NCBI GenBank assembly: GCA_016748015.1
Contig: JAAOMT010000597.1
Span: 310,001-374,000, forward strand
Direction of reading: 5' to 3'
DNA from: Geosiphon pyriformis uo1
Taxonomy: Eukaryota > Fungi > Glomeromycota
Length of the DNA: 64,000 nucleotides
Of this stretch, positions 52,560 through 64,000 are shown piece by piece. The notes beneath the pieces were generated by a model. That model saw only the letters and a list, made by a program, of their open reading frames with translations. It had not been told where the DNA came from and did no database searches. Both the position numbers and the translations under genes were made by a program. The first letter of the stretch is position 1. Each line of letters begins with the position of its first letter.

Positions 52560-55450
52560 CTGGCTTTAAAATCAATTTAATTAAATCTTTTTTTAAATAA
52601 TAATCCACCCAGTTTTTTGGTTATTTTATTACAAAAAATAAAACTTTTCCTAATTTAACTAAGATTAAAAAAGTTTAAAACATTAAACAACCAATGAACA
52701 TTCATAAACTATACTTTTTTCTTGGTTTGGTTTTTTATTATCAAAAATTTGTTAAAGATTTCTTTAAAATTGCTTTTCTTCTTAATTAACTATTAAAGAA
52801 AATTGTCAATTATTACTAAAGTACACATTAGCAAAAAGCTTTTAAAACCTTGAAAGAAAAATTAATTACAGAATTTATTTTTATACAACTTGATCTAAAT
52901 TAATATTTGATTTTTTATACTAATGTATTTGGTTTTGGACTTAGTGCTATTTTTTTTTAAAAAAATAAAAATAACAAAAAGCATACTATAGCTTATGTTA
53001 ACTAATTACTTTCTCTAATAAAACAAAACTATTTAGTTATTAAACAAAAATGCTTAATAGTAATATAAATTACTAATTATTCAGACAAATATCTTCTTGA
53101 TACCAAATTTTTAATAGTAACAAATTATCAAGTTTTGGTTTGACTGTACAAAAAAAAAACTGGATCACAAACAAATAATTTGTTAAATACTCTATTTAAA
53201 TAAATTTAACTATAACATATAATATTATAAAAAAACAAATTAACAAAATACTAATATTTTTTCTAGACTTATTATCTAGTAATAGTACAATTTTTACAAA
53301 CTAAACCAACCTAATTATTAATAACTTTTTTTTAACCAAACACAATAATAAACTTAAATAACAATTCTGCCTTAATAAAATTTTTGAATAAAAGACAATA
53401 CTCACTAGATTATACTCAATAATAATAAAAACATTTGTAAAAACAATTAAATTTTTATTTAATTTGTTAAAACCAACTATATAAAAGAAATAAAAAAAAT
53501 TTTGACTATTCTTAAAAAATTATCAAATTTAAAAAAAAAGAAATTATGATCTATAACATGTATACTAATTTATTAGCTAAATATTTTGGAAAAATAAAAA
53601 TAATTCAGAAAATACTTGTTTACTATTATTTATCTATTTTAAAAAAAAACATTATTAATTACATCAAAATCTGTAATATTTGCCAAAAAAAAAATCCAAT
53701 TACAAAAAATATATTCATTCAATTTTTGTTAGTTAACTATTTAACAAAATTGGTATAGATATTATTAGACTTTTAACAATAACTTTTAATAGCAACAGAT
53801 ATATTATTACAGCTACTAACTATTTACAAAATAAGTAAAAACAAGAGTTATTTCAAACTAAACAGCAGTTTCAATAGCCAATTTTATTTATAAAGATATT
53901 ATTTGTTATTATATTTGCTCTAAAAACTTTTATTTAATAAAAAAAGAGCTTTTTTTAATACATTGATTGAAGAACTTTATAGAAAAATGAGAATATATTA
54001 TAAACTTTCTTTTTCTTATTATTTTTAAATAAATGACTTAATAGAATATTTTAATAAAATACTATATAAAACCTTAGCCAAAACCAGTAAAAAAACAAAC
54101 TTATAAAACAAAGTACTATTTTTAGTTTTGTTTACTTATAGAATTGTGAATTATAATATAATAAGTTATAAACTTTTGTATCTGTTCTTTAAAAAAATAG
54201 TAATTTTACCAATAGAAACAAATATTAAAACAATATTTTTTGAAGAAATCATGATAAAAAATTACAAAAACATTTTACAAAAAAGACTTAATATCATTTT
54301 TGACTTATTAGTAAAAGCATAAATAATTGTTTTTAAAAAGATAAAACAGTTTTAAGAGAAGCTTAAGAAAAAAAAAACTTATAAAACACTTTTCTTAAAT
54401 ATTGATAATTTAATTTTAAAATATTATTCAGACAGAAACAATATTTATGATAATAAATTCTTTAACAAATAAAAAGAACTTTTTATAATTAACTAAGTTT
54501 TGAACAATAATTTTTATATCTTATAAGCTTAATATAAAACAATTATTTTTTGGATTAAAACATTCAAAACATTTTCTATACTTTTTATAAGTATTAGACT
54601 AAAAATTATTTAAATACTACTCTAATTATTAAAAAACAGATCATTATAATTGATAACAGTAAGATATATACTGTTATTAAATTAAAAAAAACTACTATTA
54701 GAAAAAAAAAATTGGTAATAAGATAAATAAATATATGCTTAAAAACATTGTTATAATTAAAACTTATACTTCTTATTAATTATCACATGTATTAGCCACT
54801 GATGTCATATAATTAGCTATTCTATTTTTAAATAGTAATCATTAACTTAATCATTGACTTGATTATTAACCTAATCATTGACCTAATCATTAATCTAGTT
54901 GTTGACTTGATTATTGACCACTTTTAATAGCTATATAAGTGATAAATTTCTTAGCTATAGAATAGCATGTAAGAATCAAAGAAAGAAAATAAATAAAATA
55001 ACAACTTTTATCTCAATCATTTTTTTATTGCTAATTTCTCTTTTCTTACTTTTAAGTATCTAAACATCTTGAGATAAAAGATTACTTGTTGGTTATTTCC
55101 TATCTTTTTTTGAAATGTGTAATTGTAGCATTTGAAGATTATTGAATAAAATGTGACTGAAGAGTATATTTAATACCTAATATTGAATTCTAAGAGCACC
55201 AACATGAGACATAGAATTATACCAGTATGTGATTATTTGTTGATAATATGAACTATTTTTCTATTTTTAGATTCTCTGGTTATCTTTTAAAAAGTATAGT
55301 GACTAAGATATTTTATGAGACTGATCTCGCATATTGAATCTATATTTATTCAATTTGCTCTTTAAAGTTGAATTCTCTTTGATTTTTTTTATTACTCTAT
55401 ATTCTTGTTCTTTCTTGCTATCTATTAGCTTGTTACTTTAATCTGTAACA

Positions 55451-55956
55451 TAAAAGTGGTGCTTTCTGTAAAGTTGTTAAAATTCACTTTGTTTTCTATT
55501 GTATAAATGATTATTTATACTTGCCACAACAATTAGAAGAATATTTTAAAGCACACAACAAAAATGATTTAGACTTTATTAAATTTAATTCTTTGTACTT
55601 CTGCTTAATTTGTTTCTCCATTGATGAACAATTCAGTAGACAATTCTAAGACTTTTGGAACTGGTTTTTGAATAAGCATTTAGTTGAAACCTACACAGCT
55701 TATATAACTTATTACTTTGACCAAGCTTATCTTAAAGACAACTTTGAAAAAAGAAACAACAACATTAATTAATTTTTATATTCCACAACCTTTAAACAAC
55801 AGCCCCCTAATTCTGAATACCTAAATCACCAAATTCACATTTGGATTGCTGCCTATTAACTAGTTAAAACACCCTTTGAAACAAAAAAAGAAAGTTATTA
55901 AACTGCTTTTGTTTTTAATATCTTCTCAAGTAAATTAGAACATTCCACACAAACAA
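55451..55956 (+). pseudogene. PBS plus start of a second family B gag after the downstream LTR
   Basis: TGGTGCTTTCTGTA at 55457; sequence homologous to 40460-40960. Confidence 0.8.
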
Positions 55957-56304
55957 TATTACAGGTAATTATTTGGGGTCTTAAAGCAAATAACAAACTC
56001 ATAACTTGGTGCTCAATTGATATAATGGTATTGATTGGAAGGTATTGTTATCTGAAGGTTTTTGATTAAGTTCTTTGTATAATAGACAGAGATTCAATAA
56101 TTGTTTATCCATAGCTTTTCAGAATCACAATTTTGTTAATTTTTTTTTTCAGCTTGATGGCTGGTACTTCTTTGATAAGTAATCTGTAATTCCTTTACAT
56201 GCTTTATCTATTCATAGGGGTCTTTTATCAGACAATCCTTGACATCAATAACTCAGTGCTTTAATCCTTTAATTGATTAGTACACAACAAAAAAAATAAC
56301 AAAA

Positions 56305-56335
<31 letters not shown>

Positions 56336-56831
56336 TAAAGAAATAAGCCAAGGCAATAAAAATTAGTATCTCATTAATAGCTGTAATCAAGAGCTATTGT
56401 TCTAGTATGGTCAAGTATTAATTATTATTAACATGAAGTGTTGATAGTAAAGAGTGGATTTGAGATAGTAAATAATTATTTATTTTGATATTTGTGATGT
56501 GAAAGATTGCTTAGATTAAATCTAAACTGGGAGGTCTGCCTTTTTCTACTTCTAATTCTACCAATATATATACATAATTGAGATTCCTCAATTCCTCAAT
56601 TCTTTACACCAGGAATTCTGGGATTCCTGAAATCTTGCAATTCCTTTAAGAAGAATTCTAGAATTCTGGAATTCTGTAATTCTTTGTACAAGAATTTTAA
56701 AATTCCTGGAATCTTAAAATTTCTTTTGAGAAGAATCCTGGAATTCCACATTTACTATAGCTATTTCTGATTGGCTAATTTATATGCTAATATATTTCCT
56801 ATATTCTATAAGTAATATTATTCTCTCCTCT

Positions 56832-57461
56832 TTAATATTGAGTTCCATCAAGATTTCCTAATTCTAATTTTTTGTCTTTGAGTATTTCTTGAACTTCTTT
56901 TTCAAGAATTACTTGTGCTATCTTGTTCTGTAATTTTTCAAATTGAGCATTGGTTATTTTTCTCATTTGGTTAATGGTAATGAAATTCATTTTTGGATTG
57001 AGTAAGATTTCTGGTCAATCTTAAAATCTGGTGTGTAGCCGATAAATGACTCTTGCTTGTGTGATCAAATTGTTTTTCTCCACAAATTGTTCCAGTTGTT
57101 GCAGTATTGTTGTGTGAAATAATTGTTTTATTTTATTTGTATACAAGCCCTGAATGTTCAAGTGTTGTCCCAAATAAAAGTAACAAAAGTTTTTTGAAAA
57201 TTGTTGTATTTACCAATTCCAAGTTTCTATAGTCAACTCTTGATATTGGGTGACTTTTGGTTGTGTTTCTATTGTCAATTTCACTTTTGTGATTATTTTG
57301 TCTACTATGTTTTCTGTTTTTTTCTGTATTTTATCTCATGGTTTTTTTTTGGTGTTTGTGTATTTGATAGTTTATTTGTTGATTATAATTTCCATCTCTT
57401 GTTGTTGTATCAGTTGAAAAAGTTGTTGTGCTAATGAGTAAATGCTGTCAGTAATCTCCAT
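56832..57461 (-). pseudogene. ORF3 copy 2 (630 bp, frame intact)
   Basis: MEITDSIYSLAQQLFQ...YLGQHLNIQGLYTNKIKQLF...ARVIYRLH..F..PEILL...TINQ...ILEKEV...TQY*. Confidence 0.8.
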
Positions 57462-60400
57462 TTTTCTGCTGTTTTTTGTCACATATGTCATGTCTTTATA
57501 TACTCTTTTGGTTGTTCGATTTTATGTGTTTGGTTCAATGATTATAATTGGTTTTAGATCTCATAGAATCTTATCTGGTTTGACTAGTATTCTTTATACT
57601 CTTAATTATAGAATATTACTGTGCTGTTTTGGTTAAGATTTTGTTGTTTAATCTTAATTTATAAGCTTTATTTCCAAGAATTTCTTTTATGTGAAATGGT
57701 CTATTTTATTTGGAGTCAAATTTTCTACTCCATTGTTTTTTCACTTTAGTGTAATGTAGAAGTATTTTGTTTCCAATCTTGAATTCAACTGGTTTCTCTG
57801 GTAGTTAGTTATTGTGTCTTTTTTTTTGTTTTTTTGTGACTTTTGGATGTTATTAGTTGCTCTTTACCATGTGTTTTCTAATGTCTCTATTAAGTCATAT
57901 GTTCTTCTTAATAATGTTCTTTGAAAAATTTCTTCTGTTATTGGTTCTGTTGAATATGTTTTAACTTTTATTTCAACTGGTAATGTTGCTGTTCTACCAT
58001 ATACTAATTCAAATAGTGTTGTTTGTGTAGTGTCTTGCTTTATTGTCCAATAAGCAAATAATACTGATAGTATAATCAAATCTCATTCATTCTGGTTTTC
58101 TTGGCTGATTTTGGCAATGGTTTCACACAATATTCTGTTAAACTTTTTAACTAACCCATTTGTTTGTGGATGGTATAATAATGATAATAGTCTTTTTATT
58201 CTAAATCTTTGACTTAATTCTGCCAATGTTTTATTTACAAAGTAAGTTTCTTGATTTAATAATAGTTCTTTTAGACATTTGTGTCGACAAATCAAATCTT
58301 GATGAACAAATTTGGCAATGGATTCTGCATCTGCTCTTTGAATGGCTTTTGCTTCTGGCCATTTTGTGAGATAATCCATGGCTACTGCAATATATCTGTT
58401 GTCTCTGCTGGTAATTGTTAATGGTCCGATTAAGTTAATTCTAATATGATTGAATGGTTGTCCCACTTTGATTAGTCTTAATGGTTCACTGGATTTTGTT
58501 CTATCTCTTTTTTGACAAGCATCACAATTTTAAACATATTGAATAATGTTTAGATACATTGATGGCCAATAGTATTTTTTTCTGGTTCTTTTTATGGTTG
58601 TTTTTTTGTAAAAATGTCCTGCTGTTGGGTCTAAGTACATGTTGAATAATATTGTCTCTTTCTCCGATTCTGTAATTACTTTGGTTGGTTGATCTGGATT
58701 TCTTTTGTTCTTCTGGTAAAGTATATTTTGATAGTTAATAAAATATTTTGATTGCTGTTTTATGTTGTTTTGTTCTTTTTGAGATAATTTCTCCTTGAAC
58801 AATTGGGTATTTTTATAATATTGGAGTTGTTGGTATTTTTGTATATTCATCTTTTTGTTATATTTTTGGGTTGAAAATGTTTTTAAATTTGTCTCATTCA
58901 CAACAATCCATCAGCATTTCTGTTTTCTTTTCCTTTTTTGTAATGTACTGTATAATTAAATGGTGAAAGTTTTATTTTGTTTTTAGATTGAAGTCAATCC
59001 TTTGTAATTAGTATACACATCAAATTTTTGACTCAAGTATTCTTTCTATTTGATGACAGCCCAATAGATAGCTAAGTGTTTTAGTACTGAAATTCCATAG
59101 TTTTTTTCAGCTGGACTTAAGCTTCTACTGGCATAAGCTACTAGATGTTCTCTTCTATCTGGTCTTCTTTGCAATAGTACTGCTCCCAATGCTTAACCAA
59201 ATGCATTGGTTGTAATTATGAATGGCTTGTTATAATCTGGATAGATCAGTACTGGAACTTGAATAAGTTTTCTTCTTAATGTATTAAAAGCTTCTTGTTG
59301 AGTTTTAGTCTATTCATATTTAGTGTTTTTTGTTTAAAGTTGGTATAGTAGTTGAGCTATTTTGGAAAAGTCTTTGATAAAGTGGCAGTAGTATTCAGCA
59401 AATCCCAAGAACACTCTTAATTCTGTGAGATTATTTGGTACTAGAAAGTTCTTAACAATCTCAATCTTATTTGAATCCATTTTGATATCATCTTTGCTCA
59501 CAACATATTCCAAAAACTTGAGTTCAGTTTTGCCAAAGAAGCATTTGTTTGCATTTAATTTCAATTCTGTTCATCTGAGTCTTTCAAATACTTGTTAGAA
59601 ATAATGCAGATAATCATCAAATGTTTTTGAGAACACATTGGTGTCATTCAAGTATATGACTACTGATTTCTATAGTAGTCTGGTATAGACAATTTCCATG
59701 AGCCATTGAAATGTGGCAGGAGCATTTATCAAGCCAAATGGCATCATTTCAAATTCGAAATTTCCTTCTCAAGTTGTGAAAGCCATTTTCTCTTTGTCTT
59801 CTAGTTTTATGGCTACTTGCTAATAATCACTATTCAAGTCTAAAGTTGAGAATCATTTCTTTCCTCCAAAAGCATTGAACAGTTCTTAAATCTTTGGAGT
59901 TGGGTAGTTATCTCCTTTTATTACTCTATTCAGTTTTTAATAATCCACACAAAAGCAGATTTTCCCATTTTTCTTATGAATTAATACTATTGGTAATGAC
60001 TATGGGCTTATTGATAGCTGAATTAATCCATTGTCAAGCATTTGATTGATTTTTTGACAAATAATCTTATGGCTGGCTGGTGGTACTTTGTATGTTCTCT
60101 GTTTAATTGGCATTGCATCTTCAGTCTTAATTTGATGTTGAATGATGTCAGTTCTGCCAAATTTGTTTTCACTGGCAAAAATGTTATTGAAATTGTTAAG
60201 TAATATTTTAAGCTATATATGTTGTAGTGGATCTAAGTTTCCCAAGTTCATTTGTTCCAATTGTTCTGATTGAAGCAGATAACATTCTTCTCGTTCATAT
60301 ATGATTTGAGATGTGATATCTACATATCCGCACAGTTGTGGAAAGTTTAGAATGGTGTTTGGCAGTTGGTTTTCAAGTTCGGTGATTAAGTATCCAATAG

Positions 60401-60679
60401 TGGTTTCTTTTGGTATTTTGATGATGTTTCCCATGTTGTTGTAAATGAAAATTTTGATGTGACTGTGACTCTTGGCTGGTATGTGTAAATTAACTAATCC
60501 AATCTTTCTTAATTCACAAAGTGTTGCTTCTGCCTCAAAAATCTGAACTTAATTCTTTACTTTTCTCTCTATAACTACCATGTACTGGTCATATGGTAGA
60601 ATAAAAATTGGTTGATGAGTGGAAATAATTTCTTCCTTGTCAATAACCTCTTCTTCTGTCATATTGACTAGTACATCTA

Positions 60680-61076
60680 TTCTACTTGTTGATCCAAATC
60701 CCTGTATTTCTCTAACTGTAATTTCTAATTTTTCTTTGTTTCTTACTAATATTAATTGAGCTATGTTAATCAGAGGCAGAAATATTGCCTGTGTTATCTT
60801 TTTGTTTGGCTCTATTGTATATGCCTTTTCTGAGTCGTTTTGTAGCATTGCAATAATATTTTCTATATATTCTACATCAATTATTTCTCTTCTGATATTG
60901 ATTTCCTTTTTTGCTAAGCTACTCCTAAATGCTAACTGAATTATTGTTGTTGCTAGAATTTCCAGTGCTATTTTGAGATCAATGCAAGTGTGTAAATGGG
61001 GTTCCAATTTGATAAGATCTTTTCCCAGATATCTTAGATCAAACTTTGTATCTGTATTATGCACACATTCTGACAT
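60680..61076 (-). pseudogene. dut: dUTPase domain within gypsy pol
   Basis: Five trimeric-dUTPase motifs recognisable: DTKFDL, RSSLAKKE, IIDVEY, ITQ, REIQGFGST. Confidence 0.85.
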
Positions 61077-61937
61077 GATGCCTTCATTGTTGTTACTATA
61101 CTATCTGAGTTCCTGTTCCTTGAAAAAATCAGAAAGCGTGATGTATGTTTTGGGGTTTGAATTGGAGTTCAAATTGCTATTATTTTTCTTACTATATTGA
61201 GCAAAGCTGGAACTGTTGTTTTTATTATTGTTATTGTCAGTGTTTGAATTGGAATTGTAAATGAATTCTGATTCCAATATGCAGCTGCCAATTGGTTTTT
61301 CCTCTTTTGGAATTGTGTAGGTCATGCATAGTGGTGAATTGTAAATGAGGTCACACTCATTACAATACTGGAAGTCATATGGGATCAAACAGTAATCACA
61401 TAGTCTTGTGTTTATTTTTTTTAACCATTGCTCTTGCTCCTTTCTAGTGAGTACTAATTCTTGGTAATGCTCATGGAATTGTTCTGGGTCTATAGGCTCT
61501 AGGATGATATCTGAGTTTGGGCTCCAGTCGAGTTCTATGAATTCTGGTGAATTGTTTTTTATTGTTCTTATTTTTTCTGGTAATGCTCCTTTGATTTTGA
61601 CAAATACTATTTGCCAAATTTTGTCATTGTTGTGTGAACATTCATCCAAATGTTTTACAGCTCTTTTCAAAGTGACTTTTATTGGTGTTTTTTTCCTAAC
61701 CCAGTCACTTATTAGGATCATGTATTGACATGATTCATTGCATATTTCTCTTCACTGTTACAGATGATTATTTGGGGTCTCAAATTAAATAACAAATCCA
61801 TAACTTGGTGCTTAGTTGTTGATATTTAAAGGGTTTATGGATCTGAAGGTTTTTGTTGTGGAGTTTTTTGTATAATGAACAAAGATTTAATTGATGGTTT
61901 TATCCGTAGCTTCCCAAAACTGCAGTTTTATCAAATT

Positions 61938-61957
61938 NNNNNNNNNNNNNNNNNNNN
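61938..61957. other. Assembly gap (20 N)
   Basis: Run of n inside the LTR. Confidence 0.99.
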
Positions 61958-62509
61958 AAAAAAAAAAAAAACAAAAAAAAAAAACAAAAACAAGTAAAAG
62001 CAATTGCAAGTTAGTATCCCGTCAATAGCCATAATCAAGAGCTATTGTTTCAGTGTGGTTAAGTATCAATTACTATCAACATTTCATGTTGATAGTAGAG
62101 AGTTGATTGAGATAGTAAATAATTATTTATTAATATTTGTGAATTAAAAGATTGCTTAGATAAAATCTAAACTGAAAGGTCTGTCTTTTCTACTTCTAAT
62201 GCTACCACTATATATACATAATTTAAGTTCTATGAAATCACTTATATTCTCGAGCAATGTGCTATAATTTTTCAAACAATGCTCACATTGCTAAGCAATG
62301 TGCTATATTTTCTTGACATTGCTTTATCTTGCTGAGCAATGTACTATGATTTTTGACATTGCTCCACATTGTTAAGCAATGTGCTGTAATTTCTGACATT
62401 GCTTCATATTGCTGAGCAATGTGCTCACATGCTAACTACTACTCTCTTATTGGTCTGCTATTTTTCTATATCTGTTTTCTTTTTTCTAAGTAACATTATC
62501 TCCTCTTTT

Positions 62510-63145
62510 TTAATATTGAGCTTCATCAAAATTTTTGTTTTGAATTAATTCTAATACTTCTTTTTCAAGTATTGTTTGTTCAACTCTGTTTCTCATGTCT
62601 TCTACTTGTGTATTGTTCATTCTTTCTTATTGGTTAATGGTTATAGTTTCCATGTCAGAATGTAACAGTATTTCTGGATAGTTCCGAAATATGTTGTATA
62701 GTTGGTATATTGTTTTAACATGTAGTGTTGAATTCATTTTCTTTTCAATAAATTTTTCAATTTGTTGTATTATGTCTTGGTTGAATATTCTCTTGGATTT
62801 GTTAATATACAACTCCTGAATATTCAACTTTTGACCTAATTAGTAGTAGTAATATGATATTAGAAGTTGTTCTGTTCATTGCTTCCAATTTTCTTTTGTA
62901 AGCTCTTCTGTTGGTGCCATAATAGGTATTTTCCCAAAAGTGTTCTTCACTTTTTCTATTAAGTTATCTGTCCAGTTTTTATCATTTTTTGGTGGCCATT
63001 AATATGGTGTATTTTTTGTCTTTCTTTGGGTGTTTTAATAGCAAATTATTTGGTTGTTAATAATAATTTCCATGTCTAACTGTTGTTGACTTAAGGCTTA
63101 GAACAATTGTTGAGCTATAGTGTGAATATGATCTGATATTTCCAT
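62510..63145 (-). pseudogene. ORF3 copy 3 (636 bp, frame intact)
   Basis: MEISDHIHTIAQQLF...LGQKLNIQELYINKSKRIF...KTIYQLYNIFRNYPEILL...TINQ...ILEKEV...AQY*. Confidence 0.8.
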
Positions 63146-64000
63146 TTTTCTTGGTTGCTTTTGTCATGTATACTGTGTCTTTATATATTCTTTTGGTTGT
63201 TCAATTTAACGTGTTTGGTTTGATAACTATGATTGGTTCTAGATCTCATGGAATCTTATCTGATTGAACTAGTATTCTTTATATTCCTAGTTGTGAAATA
63301 TTATTGGTGGATGATAATGCTATCTGGTGATATGGTTTTAGTTGATCATTATGTGCTGCTTTGGCTAAGATTTTGTTGTCTCATCTTAATTTATAAGCTC
63401 TATTTCTTAGAATTTCTTCTATGTGAAATGGTCCATTTTATTTGGGATCAAATTTTCTACTCCATTGTTTTTCTACTTTGGTATAATATAATAATACTTT
63501 GTTTTTAATCTTGAATTCAACTGGTTTATCTGGTAGTTGGTTATCATGTCATTTTTTTTGCTTTTCTTGTGACTTTTGGATATTATCAGCTGTTTTTTGT
63601 CATCTGTTTTCTAGTGTTTCCATTAAGTCATATGTTCTTCTCAACAATGTTTTTTGAAAATTATTTTCTATTATTGGCTCAGTTGGATATGTATTAACCT
63701 CTATCTCAACTGATAATGTTGCTGTTCTATTGTATACCAATTCAAATAGTGTTGCTTGTGTGGTATCTTGCTTCATTGTCTAATAAGTAAATAATACTGA
63801 TGGTATAAACAAATTTTATTTGTCTTGGTTTTCTTGACTGATTTTGGCGATGGCTTCACACAATGTTTTGTTAAACCTTTCGACTAGTCTATTTGTTTGT
63901 GGATAATATAGTGATGATAATAATCTTTTTATCCCAAATCTTTGACTTAATTCTGTCAATGTTCTATTTACAAAGTGAGTTCTTTGATCTAATAATAGTT

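Larger units (their letters stand above)
39715..55450 (+). mobile_element. Old Ty3/gypsy family B element (LTR ~39715-40458, gag, protease, RT, RNase H, integrase, LTR ~54749-55450) with three nested insertions
   Basis: The two LTRs are homologous (tattagccact...ctatataag...); RT motifs FCVDY..LN and GFWQV at ~51180-51320; integrase remnants 53500-54550. Confidence 0.8.
55957..61755 (-). mobile_element. Family A (subfamily 2) element 3' part: 3' LTR 55957-56817, PPT, ORF3, integrase, RNase H, RT, dUTPase
   Basis: PPT aagaggagagaataa; integrase 57630-58800; RT (FCVDY, MMPFGL, YLNDT for YLDD) 59300-60100; interrupted at 61756 by another element. Confidence 0.92.
61756..64000 (-). mobile_element. 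Nested family A element 3' part: 3' LTR 61756-62495, PPT, ORF3, integrase (runs off window)
   Basis: LTR termini, PPT aaaagaggagataa, integrase homologous to 4850-6400. Confidence 0.9.

Noticed and set aside
57201-57636. Hydrophobic + strand ORFs (also 63233-63508) as possible env/TM proteins
   Set aside because: Antisense to A-rich ORF3/pol; not conserved as ORFs among the three copies

Overview
Eukaryotic, very AT-rich fungal DNA. Intron style and repeat families resemble Glomeromycotina, probably Geosiphon-like (inference from recall, not searched). The window has three zones. (1) 1-18.6 kb: nested, CpG-depleted Ty3/gypsy elements (family A, TGTTAC...GTAACA LTRs), a hAT relic and terminally AT-decayed repeats. 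(2) 18.6-39 kb: a CpG-normal, intron-rich gene island with an orphan gene, RBR/IBR E3 ligase, LIM-domain-binding protein, PP2C, uridine-kinase relic, acyl-protein thioesterase, CCDC25 and a TM-anchored low-complexity protein. (3) 39-64 kb: an old gypsy element (family B) carrying two solo LTRs and a full-length LINE (APE-RT-RNaseH), followed by nested family-A elements. Most notable: family A encodes a dUTPase in pol and a conserved ~210-aa non-env third ORF between pol and the PPT (three diverged copies), and its gag appears to start at GTG. The repeats are also being inactivated by RIP-like C>T/G>A hypermutation that extends beyond CpG: the LINE has ~13 premature stops in ORF2 and no net frameshift over 4.7 kb.
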